A DNA stretch of 64,000 nt from a virus, in IMG/VR virus record IMGVR_UViG_3300021961_008712, positions 1 through 64,000 of that record; one strand, written 5' to 3'. The notes beneath the pieces were generated by a model. It was not told the origin of the DNA and did no database searches. It saw only the letters and a list, made by a program, of their open reading frames with translations. Of this stretch, positions 27,791 through 37,144 are shown piece by piece (position 1 is the stretch's first letter; each line of letters starts with the position of its first letter). The position numbers were made by a program, and so were the translations under genes.

Positions 27791-29533
27791 ATGAGAACTG
27801 CAACCGAAAAATATAACGCCGTAAAAGAAGGCAAATTCGCTAAGACTGAGTTTGTCCGTCAAATGCGTCAAGAATTTCCTCAATTCGTGACTCAATGGAA
27901 CGGCTTTGATGATACCGTACAAATTTTAAAAAATAAAGGTATGATCTTTGAAGCACATGCAAAACAAGAAAGCGGTATTACTGCACTTGCAGATCAATTT
28001 CCTTTGGACACTATCGATAGAGGAGTCGATTGTGAACTAGAAGTAATGGGAATTGATCCAACCGGTACAGTTACTAAAGATCAATATCTTCAAGCTAAAA
28101 GAAAAGTAATTTCTAACCTGCAGAAAAATCCTACTCACTACTACGACTTGCTTGCAAAAGAGTCTCCAAGCGTTGATAAGAACGATAAAATGAAAGAGAC
28201 TAAAAGAGGTGCAAAAGATGTTGATGCTAAAAACCAACTCAAAAAAGCCAGCCTAAAAGAAGGTATGCACATCGATGATGAAGAGTGGGAAAGAGAAATG
28301 GGCAGAACACCAGAGGATACTGAAAAGGCAATCGAAGCAGAAAAAGGCAAACTAACTAAAGAAAACTTAGCACCAGTAGTTGATTACTTAAAAAAGGAAA
28401 AAGCTGCCGATAATGAAGTAATAAAAGACTTTATTAAGACTCATGCAAAGGACATACAAGGAATGTCTTTAGATCAAATAGGAGACGAGTTTGAAGAATT
28501 CTATTCAGTTAATTACGAATACCCTTCTGACTTTATGCAACAAGAAGTAGGTGGTGTTGACAGATTAGGTAATAAAAAAGAAGATGACGATGAAGTATCA
28601 GCTTTATCTAATGCAAAAGAAAAAATCTGGGCTAATGAGGAGCGTTTTTATAACACCGGTGATATGTGGTCAGATGATTTCGACTATGATGGAATGATGA
28701 TGGCTGGTTTAAAAATCAATATTAATACTCCTATCAAAGTAATGAAGGCTATTTCTGATTCCTTTGAAGACGTAAACTACCACAGAGAAAATCGTCATCT
28801 AGGTATTGCTATTGAAGAACTTGAAGCAGGTAATATCCCAGCAGCTAAAAAACATTTAAAAGAGTTTAGAGCTGAAATTAAAAAAACAATGAGTACTTGG
28901 AGATCAGGAGTAGCAGAAGGAGAATTTGCTAGAGAGAGAAGATCTGTACAAGAACTTGAAAACGCTTCAGCGGTAGTAATGCAAGAAAAGAAAGGTAAAG
29001 ACCACGACGGAGATGGAGATGTAGACGGAGACGACTACAAGTCTGCTAAAGACAAAGCTATCAAAAAAGCGATGGGCAAAAAAGTCAATGAGGCAGTAAA
29101 AAGTATCATTGCTAAAGTATTGGAAGAGCAGGTAATAAATGAAGCTGCAACAGCAGAGTTAGCTAGAATGGCTGAAGACTATGCTGGATTTGATGGAATG
29201 AAAGGTGCAATTGTTGACCTACAAAATATAGTTACTGAGATCGAATCTTTCTATGATAAGACTAGAGCTAAGATTCAAAACGTATATGATAAGCTAGGTG
29301 ATATCAGAAATGAAGAAGGCTTAAAAGTAGGAGGATTTTTAGCTCCTGCAATCGAAGCTGCTTTCAATAAAGACCTAAGACCTGCTGTTAAAGACGGATT
29401 TACTAGAGGATTATCACAACCTAAAGTAAGAGTATTGTCTCAAGCAGATATTGATTCGCATAACTCAGGACAAAGTCCACTAGGAGAAACTGAAGCACAG
29501 TCAAAACAAACTATCTTTACACCTAATATTTAA
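27791..29533 (+). CDS. Modular prohead-core/internal protein with a DxDxDG Ca-binding-like loop
   Basis: DHDGDGDVDGDDY; many [LIV]xE junctions; located in the head module. Confidence 0.55.
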   Translation: MRTATEKYNAVKEGKFAKTEFVRQMRQEFPQFVTQWNGFDDTVQILKNKGMIFEAHAKQESGITALADQFPLDTIDRGVDCELEVMGIDPTGTVTKDQYLQAKRKVISNLQKNPTHYYDLLAKESPSVDKNDKMKETKRGAKDVDAKNQLKKASLKEGMHIDDEEWEREMGRTPEDTEKAIEAEKGKLTKENLAPVVDYLKKEKAADNEVIKDFIKTHAKDIQGMSLDQIGDEFEEFYSVNYEYPSDFMQQEVGGVDRLGNKKEDDDEVSALSNAKEKIWANEERFYNTGDMWSDDFDYDGMMMAGLKININTPIKVMKAISDSFEDVNYHRENRHLGIAIEELEAGNIPAAKKHLKEFRAEIKKTMSTWRSGVAEGEFARERRSVQELENASAVVMQEKKGKDHDGDGDVDGDDYKSAKDKAIKKAMGKKVNEAVKSIIAKVLEEQVINEAATAELARMAEDYAGFDGMKGAIVDLQNIVTEIESFYDKTRAKIQNVYDKLGDIRNEEGLKVGGFLAPAIEAAFNKDLRPAVKDGFTRGLSQPKVRVLSQADIDSHNSGQSPLGETEAQSKQTIFTPNI

Positions 29534-29535
29534 TT

Positions 29536-30114
29536 ATGGCACAATTATTAGTAGACGTTACGCCATTTAGACCTACCATTAAAGAGTCCAAAAGTAAACC
29601 TGGAGTCTTTGAAGTTGAGGGTGTTATGCAGAGAGCATCAGCACAAAACCAAAACGGTAGAGTTTATAAAAAAGAGATTCTAGAAAGAGAATGTAGTAAG
29701 TACATTAAAGAGTTCGTAAAAAATGGTAATGCATTCGGAGAACTTGACCACCCTGAGTCTCCTGTTGTCTCTCTTAAGAACGCCTCTCACATAGTAAAAG
29801 AGTTATGGTGGAAGGGAGACGACCTTATGGGACGTGTAGAACTACTAAATACCCCTGCAGGTAATATCGTAAAAGAGATTATTAGAGCAGGCCATACAAT
29901 CGGTATTTCATCTAGAGGTACCGGATCAGTTCAACAAACCAATGAGGGAACTTTAGAAGTACAACCAGACTTTGAATTAGTATGCTGGGATTTCGTTTCT
30001 AATCCATCAACTCATGGTGCGTTTATGAACCCAGTATCGTTAAATGAAGGCAAAACTAAAGTATCAAAATACGCAAGTTTAGATTTTATTATCAACGATA
30101 TTCTCAGAGCATGA
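29536..30114 (+). CDS. Prohead core protease (T4 gp21-like)
   Basis: NQNGRVY, GELDHP, ASH, LNTPAG, GISSRGTGS, DFVSNPS. Confidence 0.95.
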   Translation: MAQLLVDVTPFRPTIKESKSKPGVFEVEGVMQRASAQNQNGRVYKKEILERECSKYIKEFVKNGNAFGELDHPESPVVSLKNASHIVKELWWKGDDLMGRVELLNTPAGNIVKEIIRAGHTIGISSRGTGSVQQTNEGTLEVQPDFELVCWDFVSNPSTHGAFMNPVSLNEGKTKVSKYASLDFIINDILRA

Positions 30115-30650
30115 TTAAGCTAGCAAACATTATATTAGAACAAGAAGAAAATTTAGATTTTCCGGAAATGGATAATTTCGGTGCTCAAATGGCTAAAGCT
30201 GTAGAGGCTGAGTTAGAGAAAGAAAAAGAAAATATCGATGAAGCAGCAGGTGTTGTTGGTGTCATAGGTTTGATTCTTCTTTCTAATACAGTTGCTAATA
30301 TGATTGCTAAAATGGCTAAGTTTTTAGCTAAAAAAATAGGTTCCCAAAAAATGCAAAAATCAGCTGAGTGGTGGGAACATTTTACTCATGATAATGAAGT
30401 AGCGTTTATGTCTCCTATCAACCGCGTAATTAGTTTATTTATTAAAGATCCGAAAAAGAAAGAAGGTATTACTAAAATACTTTACGCAATAGTAATATTT
30501 GCTATGGCAGGATCAGCTGGTGGAGAAGCTCTTGCCTTACTCAAAAAGACTAGATGGGCTCAAGCAGCAATGTATACCGCAAAAGCTTTAATTAAAGGTA
30601 TAGAAGTTAATAACTTAATTACCCACGCAGTAACTGACCTAACTAGTTAA
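30111..30650 (+). CDS. Hypothetical protein with MIKLANIILE leader and hydrophobic helices
   Basis: After NIDE| come AAGVVGVIGLILL and ILYAIVIFAMAG segments. Confidence 0.6.
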   Translation: MIKLANIILEQEENLDFPEMDNFGAQMAKAVEAELEKEKENIDEAAGVVGVIGLILLSNTVANMIAKMAKFLAKKIGSQKMQKSAEWWEHFTHDNEVAFMSPINRVISLFIKDPKKKEGITKILYAIVIFAMAGSAGGEALALLKKTRWAQAAMYTAKALIKGIEVNNLITHAVTDLTS

Positions 30651-30678
30651 ATTATTTAATGGTTTTGTAAAAGGTATA

Positions 30679-30686
30679 TATTTATA
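30679..30686 (+). promoter_or_regulatory. TATTTATA putative late promoter (scaffold/capsid)
   Basis: Recurrent intergenic octamer. Confidence 0.65.
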
Positions 30687-30778
30687 TACAAATATACAGT
30701 GACCTATACTGTATCTATATCTTATTATTTCCTATTGCAGTTCTTTAATAACTGTAGAAATCACAAAAAAAAATAAAA

Positions 30779-31837
30779 ATGGCAAACAAAGATTTATTCA
30801 AGCAAGCTATTGCTGAAGCTAAGTCTGTAAGAGAAGCCGCTATTGCTAACGCTAAGGAAGCTTTGGAAGAGTCTTTAACTCCTCATCTAAGAGATATGTT
30901 AGCTGCTAAACTTCAAGAGATGGAAGATTCTCAAAACGAAGAAGCAGTAAACGAAATGGATGATGAAGAAGTAGAAGAATCTGCTAAAAACGACAAAGAA
31001 GAAACAGTAGAGGAAGATCTTTCAGCATTTCAAGAAGTAGCTGAAGAAGACGAAGAAGCTCCTGTAGAGGATGACTCAGAAGAAGCTGAGGACGAAGCTG
31101 GAGAAGAATTAGAATCTGAAGATGAGCCTGCTGAAGACGAAGAGTTAGGTAACTTAACAGTAGCAGATTTCAAAGACATGATCAGAGACCTTATCGCTCA
31201 AGAAATGGGTGGTGGTGCTGAAGACATGGGAGCTGAAATGGGCGCTGAAGTACCTGCTGACGATATGGACGCTGGCGCTGACTTAGAAGTACCGGGTGAA
31301 GGTGATCCTTTAGCTGGTGGAGAAGACGAAGAAGAAATCGACCTTGATGAATTGATTAGAGAACTTGAAGGTACAAAAGAAGAAGAAGACACTATGGAAG
31401 AAGTAACAGAAGGACCTGGTGCTAACGAAGTAGCTTCTACTCCTGAAACCAAAGAGAAGAACATCAATAGAGTAGTTAAGGAAGACTTAAACGAAGCTCT
31501 TGAAACTATTAAGACATTAAGAAAAGAACTTAGCGAAGTAAATCTTCTAAATTCTAAGTTGCTCTACGTCAACAAAATTTTCAAAGCTAACAATTTAAGC
31601 GAGTCACAAAAAGTTAACATCATCGCTGCTTTTGATAAAGCCGAGACTGTTAAAGAAGTTAAACTTGTTTTTGAAACTGTTAGCGATAACGTAGTTGCCA
31701 AAAAAGAAACTACAATTAAAGAGAACAAAGGAATGGCTTCTAAAGCAACTGGTACTACTGCAAGTAAACCAGGAGTAATTACTGAAGCTAACGCTGCTGT
31801 TCTTAGAATGCAAAAATTAGCTGGAATTATAAAATAA
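30779..31837 (+). CDS. Prohead scaffolding protein (gp22-like)
   Basis: Very acidic coiled coil immediately before the capsid gene; ends RMQKLAGI. Confidence 0.8.
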   Translation: MANKDLFKQAIAEAKSVREAAIANAKEALEESLTPHLRDMLAAKLQEMEDSQNEEAVNEMDDEEVEESAKNDKEETVEEDLSAFQEVAEEDEEAPVEDDSEEAEDEAGEELESEDEPAEDEELGNLTVADFKDMIRDLIAQEMGGGAEDMGAEMGAEVPADDMDAGADLEVPGEGDPLAGGEDEEEIDLDELIRELEGTKEEEDTMEEVTEGPGANEVASTPETKEKNINRVVKEDLNEALETIKTLRKELSEVNLLNSKLLYVNKIFKANNLSESQKVNIIAAFDKAETVKEVKLVFETVSDNVVAKKETTIKENKGMASKATGTTASKPGVITEANAAVLRMQKLAGIIK

Positions 31838-31860
31838 TTAATTTAAAGAACTGAAATAAC

Positions 31861-33456
31861 ATGGAAATTAACCAACTTTTAGAAAGCTCAAATACTTACA
31901 AAAGTATGCAAGCTGACGCTGCTAGATTAGCAGATAAGTGGTCTCAATCTGGTTTGTTAGAAGGCATCTCTGATGAGAAAGCTAAAACTAACATGGCTAT
32001 GGTACTAGAAAACCAAGCTAAACAAATCGTAGCTGAGGCTAACAACACAAACGTAGGTGGTGCCTCTTTCGCAGCTGGTCAAGGTGAGCAGTGGGCAGGA
32101 GTAGCTTTACCACTTGTAAGAAAAGTCTTCGCTCAAATCGTAGCTCAAGACTTCGTATCTGTACAACCAATGAACTTGCCTTCAGGGCTAGTATTCTACT
32201 TAGACTTTAAGTACGGTACTGCTACTAACGGTAGAAGTGACGGAGAAAACATGTACGGTAACGTAACTGCAGGTTCTAGCAAGATGGCCGCTGACTTAGA
32301 TGTCGCTGGTGGTCTTTACGGAGCTGGACAGTTTGGATATTCAATCAACCAAGCAACAGGTACTGAAGTAGCTGCAACTGTAGGAGCTGCTGCTCTTAAA
32401 GATGTTGGATACGATGCTGGTCTTACTTTAGGAAACTATGAGATCGTATCTATTCCTTTATCTTCTATCTCTAACTACGACGTAGAAGGATGTAGAGCAT
32501 TCGTAGTATTAGATTCTGGTTCTGCTGCTGGTGTAACTCTTCACAAAGAATTTACTAAAATTTCTGGATCTAACTTGGTATTAGTACAGTCTGCTGCAGG
32601 CGGTATCAATAACGGTGACAACGTAAAAGTTGTTTACCACAAACAACCAGTTGATAACGACAGAGGTGACTTCGAAGCTGATTCAAATGCTGCTGTAGAT
32701 ACTTCTATCTCTATCCCAGAGATCGACGTTAAATTACAAAGTGAGGCTATCGTTGCTAAGACTAGAAAGTTAAAAGCACAATGGACTCCTGAATTTGCAC
32801 AAGATCTTAACGCATATCACTCAATCGATGCTGAGGCTGAACTTACTTCTTTATTAAGCGAGTACATCTCTATGGAAATCGATCTTGAGATCTTAGATAT
32901 GTTGATCAACGGTGCAAGAACAACTGAGAAATGGTCTGCAGAAAACAACAAAGTATGGAACGGATCTGCATGGTCTACTTCTACTTCTGATTTCTACAAC
33001 ACTCAAGGTCAGTGGTTCCAAACTTTAGGTACTAAAGTACAAAAAGTATCTAACAAGATTCACCAAAAAACTCTTAGAGGTGGAGCTAATTTCTTAGTAT
33101 GTTCTCCAACAGTTGCTACTATCCTTGAATCAATTCCTGGATATGCTGCTCAAACTGACGGTAACCAAGAGAAATTTGCAATGGGCGTACAGAAAATCGG
33201 TAGCTTAGCTAACAGATTCCAAGTATACAAAAACCCTTACATGACTGAAAACGTTATCCTATTAGGATTTAGAGGTTCTCAGTTCTTGGAAGCAGGTGCT
33301 GTATATGCTCCATATGTACCATTATTAATGACTCCTCTTGTATACGATCCAGAAACCTTCACTCCAAGAAAAGGTTTAATGACTCGTTACGCTAAGAAGA
33401 TGATCAGACCTGAATTCTACGGTAAAATCTTCGTTTCTGACTTAGCTCAGATCTAA
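31861..33456 (+). CDS. Major capsid protein (T4 gp23-like)
   Basis: VQPMNLPSGLVF, AKTRKLKAQWTPEFAQDLNAYH, YAPYVPL, FTPRKGLMTRYA. Confidence 0.97.
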   Translation: MEINQLLESSNTYKSMQADAARLADKWSQSGLLEGISDEKAKTNMAMVLENQAKQIVAEANNTNVGGASFAAGQGEQWAGVALPLVRKVFAQIVAQDFVSVQPMNLPSGLVFYLDFKYGTATNGRSDGENMYGNVTAGSSKMAADLDVAGGLYGAGQFGYSINQATGTEVAATVGAAALKDVGYDAGLTLGNYEIVSIPLSSISNYDVEGCRAFVVLDSGSAAGVTLHKEFTKISGSNLVLVQSAAGGINNGDNVKVVYHKQPVDNDRGDFEADSNAAVDTSISIPEIDVKLQSEAIVAKTRKLKAQWTPEFAQDLNAYHSIDAEAELTSLLSEYISMEIDLEILDMLINGARTTEKWSAENNKVWNGSAWSTSTSDFYNTQGQWFQTLGTKVQKVSNKIHQKTLRGGANFLVCSPTVATILESIPGYAAQTDGNQEKFAMGVQKIGSLANRFQVYKNPYMTENVILLGFRGSQFLEAGAVYAPYVPLLMTPLVYDPETFTPRKGLMTRYAKKMIRPEFYGKIFVSDLAQI

Positions 33457-33480
33457 GATAACCTTAGGACAGATTAATAA

Positions 33481-33511
33481 AGAGGGCTTGCTTTGCAGGC
33501 CCTTTTTTTTT
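33481..33511 (+). terminator. Rho-independent terminator after the capsid gene
   Basis: agggcttgc-ttt-gcaggccct stem followed by a T run. Confidence 0.9.
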
Positions 33512-33517
33512 ATCTTC

Positions 33518-33525
33518 TATTTATA
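33518..33525 (+). promoter_or_regulatory. TATTTATA putative late promoter (phoH)
   Basis: Directly after the terminator, consistent with re-initiation. Confidence 0.7.
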
Positions 33526-33562
33526 AGAAGACAAATAATTGTTCTACATAATACATAACTAT

Positions 33563-34249
33563 ATGAGCAGCAACTCTTATTACGATGAGGTGTTCAAAGA
33601 GAAACGAAGACCTAAAAACCCAGTTAAGTTTAAAGTCCAACTAAACGAAGAACAAAAAAAAGCAAAAGAAAAAATACTATTAAATCCCATAACAGTCCTT
33701 AATGGAATGGCTGGAAGCGGTAAAACGTTATTAGCAGCACAAGTAGCTCTGGATATGTTATTTACAAGACAAGTAAATAAGGTTATTATAACACGTCCTA
33801 CTGTATCTAAAGAAGAAATAGGCTTTCTACCAGGAGATATTAGGGAGAAGATGGACCCTTGGTTAGCACCAATTCATCACAATCTATTCATGTTATATGA
33901 CGAAGCTAAAGTACGAAAGGAAATGGAGCTTGGGAATATAGAAATTGTACCTTTTGCATTTATGAGAGGTAGAACATTCGTAGATTCGTTTGTGATTGTA
34001 GATGAAGCTCAGAATGTTACCCATGATCATATGGAAACTGTTATTGGACGTCTTGGGAAAGGATCTAAAATGGTGATTTGTGGTGATTTAGCGCAAATAG
34101 ACTTAAAAGATAAAAGAGAAACTGGCTTTTCCTTTCTTTCTAGATTAGAAGAACATGTAGAAGGCTTTGTAACTTGCTCATTAGCACATAACCACAGGCA
34201 TGATATAGTTGCTCCTATCCTAGAAGTATACAAAACCTTCAGAAATTAA
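33563..34249 (+). CDS. phoH: PhoH-family ATPase
   Basis: GMAGSGKT, ITRP, GFLPGD, FMRGRTF, DEAQN, GDLAQID; ATG at 33563 preferred. Confidence 0.95.
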   Translation: MSSNSYYDEVFKEKRRPKNPVKFKVQLNEEQKKAKEKILLNPITVLNGMAGSGKTLLAAQVALDMLFTRQVNKVIITRPTVSKEEIGFLPGDIREKMDPWLAPIHHNLFMLYDEAKVRKEMELGNIEIVPFAFMRGRTFVDSFVIVDEAQNVTHDHMETVIGRLGKGSKMVICGDLAQIDLKDKRETGFSFLSRLEEHVEGFVTCSLAHNHRHDIVAPILEVYKTFRN

Positions 34250-34253
34250 TAGC

Positions 34254-34261
34254 TATTTATA
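34254..34261 (+). promoter_or_regulatory. TATTTATA putative late promoter (neck genes)
   Basis: Recurrent intergenic octamer. Confidence 0.65.
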
Positions 34262-34276
34262 AGAAAACTATATAAA

Positions 34277-35419
34277 ATGGCCAACGTAAGCATATGGAAC
34301 GGTACTGCTACCTTTAATGTAGGCGATACTCCTTTCGGATTCTACGATTCTGATACTACTTTTCAAGCAGATGCAGTTAAAGTAGCTAGATTTGTAGGAA
34401 CTAGACTTGGTTATCCGCTTATGGATGTAGAGCTTCAACAAGAGCAGATGTATGCTTGTTTTGAAGAAGCTATCACTACATATGGTAACGAAGTATTTCA
34501 ATATAAAATTAGAGAAAATTACTTAAATTTAGAAGGATCGAGAACTGGAAGTTCAATGAATAACCAACTTACCGACCCTACCTTAAATCGTATCATTCAG
34601 ATATCTAAACATTACGGGACCGAAGCAGGAGTAGGTGGAAATGTAACTAGACATACCGGTTCAATAGCTATAAACAGTAATCAGCAGAACTATAATTTAG
34701 ATACTTGGGCATCAGAACAAGGAATAACTGGTGGAATAGAAGTAAGAAAAGTATTTTACGAAGCACCACCAGCTATATTACGCTATTTTGATCCTTATGC
34801 AGGTACTGGTACCGGCGTACAATCGTTAATGACAGCTTTTGATTTCGGAGCTTATTCTCCTGGAGTCAATTTCATGTTAATGCCTACTTCGTACGATATT
34901 TTAAAGACTCAAGCCATAGAATTTAACGATCAAATTCGTAAATCAACTTATTCTTTTGAGATAGTAAACAACGAACTACGATTATTCCCTATACCTAGTG
35001 CTACAGGCAGTTTATTCTTTGAGTATTATAAAGAATCTGATAAAGGACAGATAAATTATGATAATAATCCTGGATATATTACTAACGTAGGTGAAGTTCC
35101 GTACTCTAATCCTAGATATAGCCATATTAATAGCGTTGGACGTCAATGGATATTTAATTATACCTTAGCTTTAGCAAAAGAAGTACTAGGATACATAAGA
35201 GGTAAGTATCAGGTTGTTCCTGTACCCGGTTCTGAAGCTACCCTAAACCAGGAAGCCTTATTAACCGATTCTAGAGCTGAAAAAACAGCACTTTTAACTG
35301 CACTTAGAGAGATGTTAGATCAAACATCACGTGGAAAACAGCTAGAAGCACAAGCAAAAGAAGCAGAAGATGTACAAAATACACTTAAATCAATACCAAT
35401 GACGATTTATATAGGGTAA
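34277..35419 (+). CDS. Neck / head-tail adaptor (T4 gp13-like)
   Basis: RLGYPLMDVEL and WIFNYTLALAKEVLGYIRGKY..VP.P...LN. Confidence 0.8.
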   Translation: MANVSIWNGTATFNVGDTPFGFYDSDTTFQADAVKVARFVGTRLGYPLMDVELQQEQMYACFEEAITTYGNEVFQYKIRENYLNLEGSRTGSSMNNQLTDPTLNRIIQISKHYGTEAGVGGNVTRHTGSIAINSNQQNYNLDTWASEQGITGGIEVRKVFYEAPPAILRYFDPYAGTGTGVQSLMTAFDFGAYSPGVNFMLMPTSYDILKTQAIEFNDQIRKSTYSFEIVNNELRLFPIPSATGSLFFEYYKESDKGQINYDNNPGYITNVGEVPYSNPRYSHINSVGRQWIFNYTLALAKEVLGYIRGKYQVVPVPGSEATLNQEALLTDSRAEKTALLTALREMLDQTSRGKQLEAQAKEAEDVQNTLKSIPMTIYIG

Positions 35420-35718
35420 TGAAGCTAACAGACATCATATTAGAAATAGAATACAAGTCTTACGAGGCCATGGTACAGGTTACCTATGGAGAAGAGGGTG
35501 CTGAAGGATATGATGATGCTTTACGTGCATTACCCGGTATAACAACTGTAACTAAAGCTAATTCTGATGCAGAAGCTGGTAAAACAACCTATAAGGTTAA
35601 ACTAATAACACAGAAAACCCCAGAAGAGGCGTTTACAGCCTTTAAAACTAATGCTGAAACCAAGTATACTAACGTTATAGCAGTAGAAGTAGGGGCTAAC
35701 ACCATAGAAGAAAAATAA
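35419..35718 (+). CDS. Small ferredoxin-like-fold protein with MKLTDIILE leader
   Basis: DALRALPGITTV pattern. Confidence 0.55.
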   Translation: MKLTDIILEIEYKSYEAMVQVTYGEEGAEGYDDALRALPGITTVTKANSDAEAGKTTYKVKLITQKTPEEAFTAFKTNAETKYTNVIAVEVGANTIEEK

Positions 35719-36209
35719 TGCTGTTTGGATCTAATAGAGACTTTGATTTACTGGTTAATATTAACCGTGAACTACTAAAAGATATAGTAGAACAGGAAAT
35801 ATTGTACCATAAACTAAGTTTAGCTGATTTAGAAATTAATTTATATGGTGAATCACTAGAAAAGTCTTATTGGAACGCTATTAAATTATATTGTTTAATA
35901 ACTAGAGGAGATCAAGTAATAGACATAGCAGAATTTGGACCAGATTTAGGTAGACAAGCATCATTTGCTTTTATTAGACAGGATTTAGTTGATAGTAACG
36001 TAGTTCCTGAAGTTGGAGATATAGTAGAATGGCATAATGACTTCTATGAAGTAGATACAGTAAGAGAAAATACTTTATTTTTAGGTAGAGATAACCAGTA
36101 CAACTTATCTAGCTATGCTAGCGGGTATGGTTCATCATTAGCCATTATAGTTGATTGTCATTTGACAAGAGCAGATAGAGTAGGATTAGCAGAAGCAGTA
36201 AATAGATAA
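35718..36209 (+). CDS. Head closure / neck protein (gp14-like)
   Basis: NLYGE, PEVGDIV...FYEV; synteny after gp13. Confidence 0.7.
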   Translation: MLFGSNRDFDLLVNINRELLKDIVEQEILYHKLSLADLEINLYGESLEKSYWNAIKLYCLITRGDQVIDIAEFGPDLGRQASFAFIRQDLVDSNVVPEVGDIVEWHNDFYEVDTVRENTLFLGRDNQYNLSSYASGYGSSLAIIVDCHLTRADRVGLAEAVNR

Positions 36210-36213
36210 GAAT

Positions 36214-37071
36214 ATGGCAGAAAATACACCTTTACCGAAAAGCCAAGAGCAAATCAGCCAGGATTCTATATCTACATATAAGAATCCCGATACTAATGTT
36301 GAAGTAAATGCAAAAGGAGGTTTAACAGACCTTCAAAATAGAGCTAAGCAAGTATCTAGAGCTGATGATAATGTAAGAAACATAACTATTGGTATAAAAG
36401 ATATAGATGAAGCCATCTACTACTATTTTAACAATGTATTGAAACCTTACGTATTACAAAATGGTAAACAGATTAACGTTCCTTTAGTGTATGGTTCACC
36501 TGAACGTTGGGCTGCCATGCAGAAAGATGGATATTACCGTGATAAAAACGGTAAGATGCAAGCACCTTTAATCGTATTTAGAAGAGATAGTTTAGAAAAG
36601 AATAGAAACCTAGGAAATAAGTTAGATGGTAATAACCCAAACAATTTTGGTATATTTAAAAAGAAATTTTCAAAGAAGAATATATATGACAGATTTGCTG
36701 TACTCAACAACAGACAGTCTATAGATGAATATTATGCTGTAGCAATACCTGATTACGTCAATATTGTTTATACTTGCATAATTTTTACAGATTATGTCGA
36801 GCAGAATAATAAAATAGTAGAAGGAATCAACTTTGCCTCAGATTCATATTGGGGGGACCCAGATAAGTTTAGATTTAGAGCTATGATTAATACCTATACT
36901 ACATCTACCGAAATAGTTCAAGGTAATGACCGTATAGTAAAAACAGAGTTTCAAATAAATTTATTAGGGCATATTATTACAGACGCTATAAATGCACACC
37001 CTCATAACAACAAAAAGTTTTATACCAAGTCAGAATTAAGATTTGGTGCTGAAACAGAGGGCAATCTTTAA
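36214..37071 (+). CDS. Tail terminator / sheath stabiliser (gp15-like)
   Basis: VPLVYGSPERW, PLI, PDYVNIVY; synteny. Confidence 0.7.
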   Translation: MAENTPLPKSQEQISQDSISTYKNPDTNVEVNAKGGLTDLQNRAKQVSRADDNVRNITIGIKDIDEAIYYYFNNVLKPYVLQNGKQINVPLVYGSPERWAAMQKDGYYRDKNGKMQAPLIVFRRDSLEKNRNLGNKLDGNNPNNFGIFKKKFSKKNIYDRFAVLNNRQSIDEYYAVAIPDYVNIVYTCIIFTDYVEQNNKIVEGINFASDSYWGDPDKFRFRAMINTYTTSTEIVQGNDRIVKTEFQINLLGHIITDAINAHPHNNKKFYTKSELRFGAETEGNL

Positions 37072-37081
37072 CAGACTGCTC

Positions 37082-37089
37082 TATTTATA
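37082..37089 (+). promoter_or_regulatory. TATTTATA putative late promoter
   Basis: Recurrent intergenic octamer. Confidence 0.65.
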
Positions 37090-37144
37090 TTAAACGGTGA
37101 AACTTCACCTGGTTCTCCTACTTATAATATTATAACTGAAGTAA

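Noticed and set aside
23226-33456. Introns or inteins in terminase, portal or capsid genes
   Set aside because: The ORFs are continuous and of normal size, with no intein splice motifs.
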